The notes below the pieces were generated by a model that saw only the letters and a program-made list of their open reading frames with translations, was not told the DNA's origin and did no database searches. DNA of 63,814 bases, counting the filler, from Welwitschia mirabilis (lineage: Eukaryota): the NCBI GenBank assembly GCA_051453625.1. It is 4 parts of one record of this genome, joined end to end, with 100 filler letters (N's around TTAATTAATTAA, not from the genome) between each part and the next. Parts side by side here need not be neighbours in the genome. Positions count along the whole stretch, not along the records: positions 1 to 30,285 come from JBOZIK010000001.1; 3 more parts are not named here. One strand, given 5' to 3'. Both the position numbers and the translations under genes were made by a program. Below, piece by piece: positions 13,961 through 26,030 of this stretch (positions are counted from its first letter, which is position 1; every line of letters starts with the position of its first letter).

Positions 13961-15414
13961 TGTTGGTAAATCTAGTTTTGATTATTTCACTTGTCAAATA
14001 TTTTATGTCATTATATAGACAGGTTAATACATAGAAAAGCTAGATCATAAAAAGCATAAGTCATTGTTAGACCTTCAAGATGATATATCATAAAATGTTT
14101 AGCTCAAAGTTGAATTTATGAATTAGTTGATTAAAGATATCTATAGTATGAAAGATGTCTCTGGAGAAGACATCTACAATTGGAAGATGTCTATGGTAAA
14201 GATAGCTATGTCTTAAATATGTTTAGGATGTATTAGGTTCTAAACCACAAGTTAAAGAAGACTATCTAAATGAAGACGATTATGCTAAAAGTTGATCTAA
14301 CATAGATGAAAGACATCGACATATTTGAAGATGTCTATGGTGAACTAGAACAGGTAATAGAGTCAATTTGTACTTTAACAAATATTTTATGTTTCAAAAA
14401 AGTTATCAAGATTTACAATATGGATTCATGATCATGGAGGAATAAAGATAATATAGAGTACGTTTCATCAATTTTTGGGTAACTTAACCAAAGACATATA
14501 CCATATGAAAGATGTTTGACTATTAGTAAATGTTTAGAATTTTGAAGATGTCTTTGATGAAGCTTTAGAACAAATTAAAAATAAGATGTATGTCCAATTC
14601 CTAGACACCCCTATCCATTACACAATGGTTACAAAGTTTAAATGGTTACAAAGTTCAAATAGTAGTTTCTCTTAAAATTTATAAAGATACAATGTGATAG
14701 AATAAATCAAAATCATCACATAAATAATGAAGAATGCATAGGTAATTGAAACTATTTATGAAGGATCAAGCTATCATTTGCAAGGAACTTTTATCGTATA
14801 CATATTTTATCCTTAGATTCCACATCATTTAATCATTCATTAGCATTTGTGAGAGTGAAAATAATAAGGAAATTAAGATCTTTCAAAGATACATCATTCA
14901 ACTTTATTATTGTATTTATTTGTTAGATCTTACATTATTCAACTATGTCATTCTTGAATATTATTGTACAGTCAATTCTTGTATTATCAAATGTTAAGGA
15001 TCCCTTGCTAGGGTTTATTATTATAGGGTAACCTTTGTATGAGTAATTTGTATGAGTGTCTATGCGTACTTATGTTGTTATATTATTGATTTTTCTTAAG
15101 CGAAAGAGATTGCTACCTTTTGAGGGTCATCTCAATTTATGGTTATGCTTCTATGCATATTTTTAGTGTTGTTGTTGGTATCCTTGAGAGAAAGAGAGTA
15201 ATTCCTTATACTACATCAAAACCACTCTTTCTTTATAAGTTAAGAATATCTAGAGATGTAAAAGAAAGTTAGCCTCTTTATGTGGATGTACACAAGTTGG
15301 AAAACCATGTTAGCTCAGTAAATAATTTATTATACTACCTTTTAATTTGTTATTGGTAAAAATTTTATATGATAGAACTTATTTAGCCCTTCTCTCTGAG
15401 TTTAACAATCCTCA
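13961..15414 (+). repeat. 3' LTR of C1
   Basis: Starts TGTTGG right after the PPT, ends ...atcctCA, aligns with 6971-8028. Confidence 0.9.
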
Positions 15415-16920
15415 AAAATAAAGGAACTACATTGTATTTGTAGTAATTGATTTTGTGGAGCCTCTTTTTCTAAAGAGATATCGACCCCTTACCCTTATGT
15501 GAATGTAATTTTTTAGATAGTTTTTCTTTTTTAACATCTATTAACTTAATTTTGCTGTAGGTTTTTATCATGTCTAATGTTTAAGTATTTTTAGAATTTT
15601 AGAAATTATGGATGATCAATTAGATTTCAGCCAATTAAAGGGCGTTTAAATGCCTATGAACTCTCATTCTAAGAGAGGAAAATGAACTTAATCAAAGTTT
15701 CTCATGTTGTGTGCTTTATCTCTTCATCAACTTCATTTTGTAAGTGTGTAAGTTATTAGTACTTTAATAATGAATAAGTGTCATATTTGTAAAAAAGAAA
15801 TAGAAAAAGAAAAAGAAAAAGAAAAAAAGAAAGAATTTTCAAAAGAAAAATGAAATATTAATTTATATTACGAAAGAACTTTTGATAATCCCTCTAAATC
15901 TATCTTAAGATTACTATACTAGGGGTAAATTGGCTTGACAACCTATGTTCTATCTAATGGGTCCTACCACTTGTAATAAGAATAAGATTAATGGTTTAAA
16001 AATTAGCACTCTGTAATGGGAGGAATCCAAAATAAAAGGAGGTACACATTAAAGTGTTCCATGATTATCACTTGTTAAGTGTTATTAATTTGTAGTCATC
16101 ATTTATGTTGCTACTTAACTTTATAGCTATGATATGTTAATTTTAATTAGTATATTATCATTTTTCATTCATGCTATTCAAATAGAAACATGATGTCTAA
16201 CTAGTTAGGAATCATGTATCTTCAATTTTAAAATGAGAGACTATTGGTAAGTTATCAAATTTAAGTGGAATATGTTATAATGTAGTGTATCTATTTCCAT
16301 CCATTAAGTTAGATAATTTTAAAGTTGTAAATCATGTTTTTCTATTTAGCATAGGACCACAGCCTTAGAGAAATAAAATTGATATTTTAAAAAAGATTTA
16401 AATTTCTTTTCTTTCAAATAGTATTAGGTTTTGAGAAGATTGGATTTAATATTTGAGTAGTTTAATGTTTAGTTTTCTAATTCTTTATCTTACTTTAGTT
16501 TATTTTATTTTTCTTTCTTATTTTATGTTGGTATTTTTTTTTTTACTTTTTATTTGTAACCTCTTAAAACCTTAGCTTGGTCCTTATGATTATTATGAAT
16601 AAGCTTAATTAAAATTTATGATTAATTTATTTGCTTCATAGGGGTTGAATTCTTAGAATTCTCAAAAGATTGGATTTAATGGAAAGGAACTTATTTAATG
16701 AAAATATGTTTTTCATAGATCTAAAATAATAAATTCTAAATTCCATATATATCTTTCTCATGATGTTAAATTGGAATTTCTTTTTAATATACACTTTATG
16801 TTTACTAGTATAAGATCTTTTATGCTTGAATGTTATGTTTTATCCTTTTTCCAATTTGACTCACTTCTATTCTTTTTCACTTTCTTTGTTAGGGACTGAC
16901 AAATTCTTAGTAAGCAGATA

Positions 16921-17322
16921 TGTTATGATTATAATTATTAAGTTTTAACATACTATTTAGAGCATGTTTTAGGAATATTTAATAGGCTTCCAAGCCAAAT
17001 ATCAAGAATATAAAGCTCAATTAAGATGTTCACATGGAAAGCCAAATTCAAAGATAATAAACCCTTTTTTGAACATATTTTATACTTTCTAAATCTTCTA
17101 CAGCATTATAAATGTAGTACAGAATGATAGATGATGATAAGAAGACTAAAGGATGAATTAAATTTTATTATCCACATCATCATCTAGACGATACTCAAGT
17201 GGATGATTAACAAAATTAATAAATAAAGAAACCAAGTCTTTACTAATAGTTATCCACTTTATCATCTAGATGACACGCCAAATGACAATAGTCATTAGAG
17301 AACTTAAATCACATTTTAAATA
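16921..17322 (+). repeat. Truncated 3' LTR of A1
   Basis: Starts TGTTATG; similarity to the 5' LTR stops abruptly at ~17325. Confidence 0.75.
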
Positions 17323-18337
17323 TGTACTAAGTATTAAGTAAGGGTACATTTCAATGATGAATAATAGAACCTAACCTAGAACTTAGTCTCAACTCAAGAA
17401 CGTGATAGGTGAAGTAAAGTACTTTAGGCCAAGCTTCAATAGTGAAGGATCATTTATCATTTTGTTTAGGACATCTAAACTTGTGTATAGGCAAATGTAC
17501 TGGGATGTCTATCCTCTTAACCTAGGATTTCAAGACCTATATGTTGTTTTTTATATTGGGACGTCTGACCCCTGAACTTGAGATGTCCAGGTCTATAATC
17601 TAGTTTTGTGTATAGGAACGTCTGACCACTGTATACAGGACATCCGATTCCTATCTCAGTTCTCTGTCAAGGAAGATCATTAAAAGTAGAATGTCCAATA
17701 TTTTTTCTTCAAATGTCTGGCCAACTATCCATTGATGCAAAGAAATGACTTAAGATGAATGTTGTGCATTCTATTCAAAGATCTAACAGCTAAGAAAAGG
17801 AGGGCAATGGTGATCTATTTAATGCAAGGCACCCTTAGGGTTTTCCTTTGATGAAAAACTATATATGTTCAAATCTAAGAGGATTTTATGATCACTAAAC
17901 TATGAAAATCGTAAGTTGTATATACTTGAATTAAAATTCTTGTATGAATTGGATTTAATCTGAGCTCTTGCATTCTACTCTCTTCTATTATACTTCTTGT
18001 TAATGAATTAAATCTTATAGGCTTATACATCATTAAGTTTCTATATAATGCCTTATATATCACTTAATGAGGATAAAGTTGTGGAATTATAGCCCTATAA
18101 AAGGGTGGTTATGCTATTGCATCTTATTGATTAAGGAACCAAGAGGTTGAAGGCTTATGCTACCTCTTGTAAGTGGAGTAGGCTTAGAAAGCTGAATCAC
18201 TATAAATTAGGTAGTCTCTTTTTGTGCTATGTTTTAATTCCTACTATTTTATTTACTTGATATGATTAGTTTTTTAATTTATTAGTTAAAATTAAAAAAC
18301 CCTATTCATCCCCAGGGTGTTTTGCGATTTGAAAAAT

Positions 18338-18350
18338 TGGTATCAGAGCC
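18338..18350 (+). promoter_or_regulatory. Primer-binding site (initiator tRNA-Met) of C2
   Basis: TGGTATCAGAGCC. Confidence 0.92.
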
Positions 18351-18399
18351 TGATTACTCTAGATTAGGGTTTCTTTTCTCTTATTATGTGATTTTAAAT

Positions 18400-21300
18400 C
18401 AAATGTATTCCTTAAATTTTTTAGAAGATCAATCTATCTCTAGACCATCATTGTTTTTAGGATCTGACTATGCCTATTAAAAAACCAAGATAACAATCTT
18501 TTTGTAATTTTTGAATTGTGAGATTTGAGAAACTATTGAACTTGGCTATGTTTCTCCTATGAAAGTTGTTGAGGGTAAGAATATTCCAAATCCAAGAAAT
18601 AAATGAAATTAGAATGATAAATGGACTACTCAGATGAATGATAAGGTCATGAATGCCTTAATTTGTGCCTTATCCTTAGAATAATATAATAGGGTGATTC
18701 AATGCATAACGATCCAAGAAATATGAGAGACCTTAAGAGTTGAACATGAAGGAATAAATGTTGTGAAGAATGCCAAACTAAAAATGTTAAAAACTTAGTT
18801 TGAAAACATAAAGATGAAAGATTCAGAAACCTTAGCAGAATACACTTCAAAGATAAATAACATTGTGAATGGCATATAGGGGCTAGGTGAAGCTGTGCCT
18901 TAGAACCAAATTGTAAGAAAAATTTTTAGAAGTCTCAACAGAAAATTCAGACCCAAGATCATTACCATTAAAGAGAGTAAATATATTGATCTCATTAAAT
19001 TTGAAGAACTTAAAGGTTCACTTATAACATATGAAGCCTCTCTACAGATAGAAAATAATCATTCAAAATGGATAAACATAGTTCTTAAAGCTGAATCAGA
19101 TGTAGATGAAGACTCTTAATCAAGTGAGAATCTTGAAGATGATGATTTACCTCTCTTGACAAGAAACTTTTAGAGGTTTCTTAATAAGAAGGAAGAAATA
19201 TCTTCTCAGCAATCCTTCAAAAAGGTATGAACAAGGATAAGAATTCTTCTAGTTCTATATAATGTTATGAATGCAAAGGATTTGGTCACATTACCTCAGA
19301 ATGTACAAACAAATGAAAGGACAAGTCTTCCGAATCAAAAGAAAAGAAGGCCTTCAAAGTCACATGGGATGAAGATGATGGAAATTCTTATTTAAGTAAT
19401 GAAGAAGGCTGCATTAACTTTGGTCTTATCTCCTTAGCCAAAGACATAAGTAATTTTGTTAATTTATATTCGTCTATTGATTTATCAGAGGTATGTGATT
19501 ATGAGAGTGATGATGATAATAATGATGGTTTAACTAGTGCCTATGAAAAGTTATGTCATGTTAGTCTAGACCTTAGAGAGAAAATTTTATTTCTTAAGAA
19601 GTAAGTGGATGATTTGGAAGGAAAACTAAAAGAGGCCTCCCTAAAGATAGAATCTTTTTAGAAGGATCTAGCTCAAGCATAAGGAATAACTAAATGTTTT
19701 TTTAATAAAAATAAGAATCTAGACTATCTTCTAGAATTATAAAGGAAAGAAAATGACAAATCTAATATTGGATCAACTTCTAGTATGTTTCCTATTCAAA
19801 AGTTTTTCTATCCAAGTATTAGATATCGCCCTTTTGGTATCTCTAGTTTATGATGTTATTTTTATCAAGGATCATATTTAATATTCTTGTCTATATAAAA
19901 AAATCTCAGTATTTTGGTTATAACTATAATTTTAAGTTTTAAAGTGTCTCTAGACCTTTAGAAAGAAGATCAGTTATCAATAAGAATAGTTGGAAATGGG
20001 TCAAGAAGGAGACTATCAAGTCTCTTTTTTCTCATGCAGCATTCAAGATGTAAGAAACTACAAAATAGTATCTTGATAGTGGATTCTTTCATCACATGAA
20101 TAATGACAATAGCCTATTAGCTACCTTTCAAGATTATGACAGTGGAGAGGTAACCTTGGGAGATAGCAGCAAAGGTCACATTACTGGTAAGGGATCTATT
20201 GCTGCTAATGATTTTCATCCTTAAATTTCTGATGTTTATTTAGTAAATGGCTTAAAGCATAATATTTTGAGTCTCTCTTAAATTTATGATAGAGGAAACA
20301 TTATGTTCTTTTATAATAATAAATGTGTTGTTAAAAATACTTCTACTAATAGTGTGATTTTAACTAGCAATAAATCAAAATGTATATATGTAATTGGTAG
20401 TCAAGACAAAAGTAGAAAAGTTTGTTTTATTATGTAGGAAAATGAAGTTGATATCTAGTATAGAAGGCTTGGCCACATAAACTTTAAGAACTTAAAGACA
20501 ATATCAACCAAAGAAATTGTGGCTATAATTCCTAGACTTAATATGTAATAGGCAAGATTGTGCAAATCATGCATGAAAAGTAAATAGTCCAAATCAAGTT
20601 TCAAATCTAAATCAGGTATTTTCATAAATCAACCTCTTGATCTTATTCATATCAATGTGGTTGGGCCAACTCAATCAAGGAGTTTAGGAGGTAAGAAATA
20701 TTTTCTAGTTATGGTGGATGATTTCTTTCAATTTTTTTGGGTTTCATTCCAATCTAGCAAGGATAAGACATTTGATTTTTTTTGTTAAAGTGTGTAGGAA
20801 AATTTAAAATAAGAAAAGATATACCATAAATAAAATTTGATCTAATAATGATGGTCAAATTGAAAATGAAATATTTGAAAAGGTTTGTGATGTAATAAGA
20901 ATACAACATTAGTTTTCAGCACTAAGAACTCCCTAATAAAATGGAGTAGAAAAATGAAAGAACAGAGTGCTTCTTGATATGGCTCAAATTATGCTTAATG
21001 AATTTGACTTGTCTCATCATTTTTAGGCTAAAGCTATTAACAGTACATGCTATGTGAGTAATAGAGTCTTTTTAATAAGAGGTAAAATGAAAAGAGCCTA
21101 TGAACTTTAGCATGAAAAGAAGCCAAACGTAAGTCACTTTAAAGCTTTTGGTAGTAAATATTCTATTCTTAAAAATGAATTACACATAGGCAAATTTGAA
21201 TCTAAAGTAGATTATGGTATTTTTCTTGGTATTCTACTTTAAGTAATGCATATAGAGTTTTTAATAAGTTCTCTTATAAGGTTAAGGAATCTGTCCATAT

Positions 21301-23605
21301 CAAGATTAATGAATCTAACCCAAGTAGTGCAAACATTGAATAAAAGTAATAACAACTTAAGAATTTCTTTAATATCTTAAATTAGTACTAGAACTTTCAC
21401 ATCCTCTTAGATTAGTTTTTCACTAAATATCTAAAGATGCTTATCTCTTCTAATGAGAACCAGAAGGAATCACCTAGAAGATGCCATCTTGAGTGATCCA
21501 TCTAAGGGAATAACTACTAGAAGTGATAATCACATTAATTAAAGTTTTCTTCATTTTTTATCTAACATTGAGCCAAAGATTTTTCAGGAAGTACAAAACA
21601 ATAAGTCATGGATGATAGTCATGAAAAAGAAACTCAATCAGTTTAAAAGAAACAAAGTGTGAAACCTTATTCCTCAATCACATGGAAAGCATGTTATTGG
21701 CATAAAATGGGTGTTTAAGAACAAGAGAGATGAGAGCCATAACATCATTTAAAAAAAAAAGATATCTTAGGGATATTATCAATAAGAATGTATTGATTAT
21801 AGTGAGACCTTTGCTTCTATTTCTAGGTTAGAAGTTATATGTATGCTATTATCTTATGCTTGTTTTTATAAGACAAAATTATTTCAAATAGATGTTAAAA
21901 GTTCTTTTCGGAATGGATTTATAAATGAAGAGTTTTATGTAGCTTAACCTCGAGGTTTCATTGACTCTAAATTTTTTGATCATGTTTTTAAACTAAATAA
22001 AGAACTTTATAATTTAAAAAATACCCTTAGAGCTTAGTTTAATAGGTTGAATTCTTTCCTTGTCAACAATGGTTTTTCAAAAGGAAGTGCTGATCCTACT
22101 TTGTTTATTAAGAGAAATAGTAAAGATATTTTTATAGATCAAATCTATATAGATGATATTATCTTGAATTCAGCTAATAAATCTCTTACTTTAGACTTTG
22201 CCAATTTAATGCAAAACGAATTTGAAATGAGCCTTATAGGAGAATTAAATTTTTTTTGTAGGCTTGCAAATAAAGCAAAAAGATAATGGAATTTTCATTT
22301 ATTAATTAAAATATGATCATGACATCCTTGCTAAGTATAACATGACTTATTGTAAAAAAACCTCAACACCTATGTCCACTAGTGTCAAAGTTAGTAAGTA
22401 AAGATGATCTTGGTAAAAAAGTGAATTAAAAGTTGTATCAAGGACTCATAAAAAGTTGTATCAAGAACTCATAGATAGTTGACTTGACATAGCCTATAGT
22501 GTTGGAGTCCATGCTAGGTATCAAGTTGATCTTAGAGAATCTCACCTCATCCANNNNNNNNNNNNNNNNNNNNNNNNNNNNNNNNNNNNNNNNNNNNNNN
22601 NNNNNNNNNNNNNNNNNNNNNNNNNNNNNNNNNNNNNNNNNNNNNNNNNNNNNNNNNNNNNNNNNNNNNNNNNNNNNNNNNNNNNNNNNNNNNNNNNNNN
22701 NNNNNNNNNNNNNNNNNNNNNNNNNNNNNNNNNNNNNNNNNNNNNNNNNNNNNNNNNNNNNNNNNNNNNNNNNNNNNNNNNNNNNNNNNNNNNNNNNNNN
22801 NNNNNNNNNNNNNNNNNNNNNNNNNNNNNNNNNNNNNNNNNNNNNNNNNNNNNNNNNNNNNNNNNNNNNNNNNNNNNNNNNNNNNNNNNNNNNNNNNNNN
22901 NNNNNNNNNNNNNNNNNNNNNNNNNNNNNNNNNNNNNNNNNNNNNNNNNNNNNNNNNNNNNNNNNNNNNNNNNNNNNNNNNNNNNNNNNNNNNNNNNNNN
23001 NNNNNNNNNNNNNNNNNNNNNNNNNNNNNNNNNNNNNNNNNNNNNNNNNNNNNNNNNNNNNNNNNNNNNNNNNNNNNNNNNNNNNNNNNNNNNNNNNNNN
23101 NNNNNNNNNNNNNNNNNNNNNNNNNNNNNNNNNNNNNNNNNNNNNNNNNNNNNNNNNNNNNNNNNNNNNNNNNNNNNNNNNNNNNNNNNNNNNNGTATTT
23201 ATTTTTATATGGATAATTTTCTAGTCTCTTTGTCTAGTAGAAAGAAAACTATAACCTCCTTATCCATAGCTAAAGCTGAATACATAGCCACAAGAGCATG
23301 TTATACTCAGTTAATTTGGATGAAACAAATAATGACAGATTTTGGAGTAAATCTTGACAAAATCAAGATTTATTATGATGATACTAGTGCTATCAATATT
23401 ACCAAGAATATAGTTTAGCATTTAAGAACTAAACACATAGATAATAGGCATCATTTTATTAGGGAACACATTCAAAATAATAATGTCACCCTTGAATACA
23501 TTCTAGCTGATCGACAAATTACTGACATCATGACTAAGAGCTTAAGCAAAGAGAAATTTGTGTTCTTTTGTTAACAACTTAGTTTAGAAAACCATTTCCC
23601 TTTAA
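18400..23605 (+). pseudogene. C2 gag-pol pseudogene (copia order PR-IN-RT-RNase H)
   Basis: CYECKGFGHITSEC (~19263-19305), YLDSG..HHM (~20069), LVMVDDFF (~20705), IGIKWVFKNKRDE (~21696), ORF 22047-22286 with QIYIDDII, ORF 23209-23418 with LSIAKAEYIA..DDTSAINI, RTKHIDNRHHFIRE. Confidence 0.93.
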
Positions 23606-24088
23606 TATAAATTGCTACAAAATTTTCTATCCCTATAATTTATCATCATCTGAAAAACTTTTTCTCAATAAATTGTACTTTTCTTATTTATCCTTCCTTC
23701 CATCTTATTCAGATGTTTTAGTTCTGAAATTAGACATCCTTCTCTAAAATTTATCTGTTTTAGCCAAAGTCTTATCAGACATTCCACCTATTCATTCCAG
23801 ACATTAGCTATGAACTCTTAATCAAAACTGAATAGTGCTGAGCATTCCAAATTTTTCTTTGGAACATCCAATGCAAGTTTTTAAGGTGGTAGGTTTTTAT
23901 TTTAAAACTTGAACATCTTGGTTTAACAACCTAAATGTCTGGATAAAGTGTGAACATGGATTTATAGACACCTCTTGCATTATTCTCTTGCATCTTGAGC
24001 ATCACTCCTTCTATCTTGAGAAATTTTAACATGATGAAATCCAAATTTTTTATTTCTAAGAAAGAAAAGGAATCTAATTTAGAGGTGC

Positions 24089-25321
24089 TGTAATGTGAAT
24101 TTATGCAATCCTGAAGTCCTTTAGGTAAATCTGTAAATTAAATTACTTGCAGAAAAAGACACACTAGTATAGACAAGAGTTCACTCGAATGTTGTAATCC
24201 TAAAGAAGGCACTAGAATTAGAGTTAGAGAATTGATTTCTGAAGGCATTTTTAGTCTTTTTATCTTTTAATAATTGAAAGAAAAAATCAAAGTAAAATCT
24301 AATTCAAAGTAAATGGAGATGAAATGCAAATAAAAGTGGAATGAATTTTATTAGATCCAAATCCTCCTATCACAAGAACTAGCTTCTCTATAATTTAAAT
24401 TAATTAAAAAGAGTACTTAATTATTCCTAGTCAATGTAAACTAGGATATATACCAAATAGAATATGAAATGAAAATGAAATAACACTGCAAATATAAACT
24501 AATAGAATCAACCTTGATAAAGGTTACTCTTATGATCTAAATAAATTACAAAATTTTCACTAGACTATAATCAACTTAAACCATAAGGAACATAAATAGA
24601 ATTTGAGTAAAAAAAGTAATTGAATTAATCATAGAACTTTACATCCGCTTACAACAAAATGACAGCATATTAATGGAAGAGACTCAGCCTAACACTAAGA
24701 GAACTTCTCTTTATAGCTACTGGATGGACCTATTCTTCTTCAGTCTTCCATCATAAAAGCATTGGATATAACATATAGAAATAAAAATGAAGGAGGAAAA
24801 TGGTATTTATAGTTTAACATTGAAGTTCTAAAAGCTCAATCCTAGAAGTCAAGAAAAGAAAACCCCTACAATCCAAATGGGTCACTTAACCCCATTAGAA
24901 AGATAATTCCTTCTAAGCATAAAAAGTAGCTATTGTCTTAACTGTCATGAGGATAATAGAGGAGATGTCACTCTTGGTCACAAGATACTCCATCAACTTC
25001 AGACCCTACTATCAACCCTACATCTTCTATTCATGTTAGTAATTCTGTCGTCTTGCCTGTCATGGGGACAATAGAGGGAACGACAGGCTTTCTTATCTTC
25101 AATCTTAAAGGTAAATCATTCTTCAACATGATGAATCCTTTATCCAAGTATGCAATATTAAAATAATCCTAAGAAACCTCCAAATATGCTAAGAATTACA
25201 TGTTTCAATGATCATCTTATTATATCTCCATAATTATCAGTATTACATCCAAATCTATTTAAATATCCTACAAAAGCACTCAAACTGTACCATTAAATTC
25301 CCGTAAATTGGCATCATGACA
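24089..25321 (-). repeat. 3' LTR of A2
   Basis: Minus strand TGTCATGATGCCAATTT...CACATTACA; both ends resemble the A3 LTR at 42995-44073. Confidence 0.7.
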
Positions 25322-25999
25322 TATCCTTCTACTTAGCCTTTTTAGTCGCTGACAAAGTGAGTAATCAACTANNNNNNNNNNNNNNNNNNNNNNNNNNNNN
25401 NNNNNNNNNNNNNNNNNNNNNNNNNNNNNNNNNNNNNNNNNNNNNNNNNNNNNNNNNNNNNNNNNNNNNNNTCGTAAATTGGCATCATGACATATCCTTC
25501 TACTTAGCCTTTTTAGTCGCTGAAAAAGTGAGTAATCAACTATATGGCAAGCCAATTTGATTAAGATAAAATATCACTTGGAAAAATTGTAAATTGAGTT
25601 TAATTTAATCATGCAGGAAAGACCAATCAACTGATATAAATACTGAAATATTCTTAAGCTCCCTACTTAAACCTATCACTATAGAATAAATGAATGTAAT
25701 ACACATACATACAAAAATCATAAAATATAACATTGATAGCCTAGAGAATGATAATGTGTATGCAAAATAGTGATAACAGACTAATGTGATAAACTTAAGT
25801 AGTGCTAATTTTAGAAGAGTGATGCATTTTAATTCATTAGTGTAATCCATAATGGTAAAGGACAAGAGTAGATATAGCATTCTTTTTAGATAATCTGAAA
25901 CATAGCTACAAAAAAACTCTATGAGAGTGCTACTGTACTTTTGCAAGATAAAATCTATGAATTTTATTCAATTAACATGAAATCTAATTCAAATAACTC

Positions 26000-26024
<25 letters not shown>
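26000..26024. repeat. (AT)n microsatellite
   Basis: Read directly. Confidence 0.95.

Positions 26025-26030
<6 letters not shown>

Larger units (their letters stand above)
6971..15414 (+). mobile_element. Sirevirus/SIRE-like Ty1/copia element C1 with both LTRs; RT deleted
   Basis: LTRs at 6971-8028 and 13961-15414; Met-i type PBS tggtatcaaag at 8031; PPT catcatcaaaaagagggagat before 13961; candidate TSD aaagt/aaaat; gag, PR, IN, RNase H tail and env-like remnants. Confidence 0.9.
3495..17322 (+). mobile_element. Athila-like Ty3/gypsy element A1, apparently non-autonomous; hosts copia C1 and its 3' LTR is cut by C2
   Basis: Direct repeat ~3495-3900 vs 16921-17322; degenerate Athila-type PBS at 5020-5037; Athila-type pre-LTR motif gttagggactgacaaattcttagtaagcaga at ~16888-16920; no pol motifs seen. 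Confidence 0.75.
17323..24088 (+). mobile_element. Sirevirus/SIRE-like copia element C2 (5' LTR, gag-pol, start of env-like region), cut by A2
   Basis: LTR ~17323-18335 ending in the cctattcatcccc motif; perfect PBS tggtatcagagcc at 18338-18350; full gag-PR-IN-RT-RH domain order. Confidence 0.9.
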
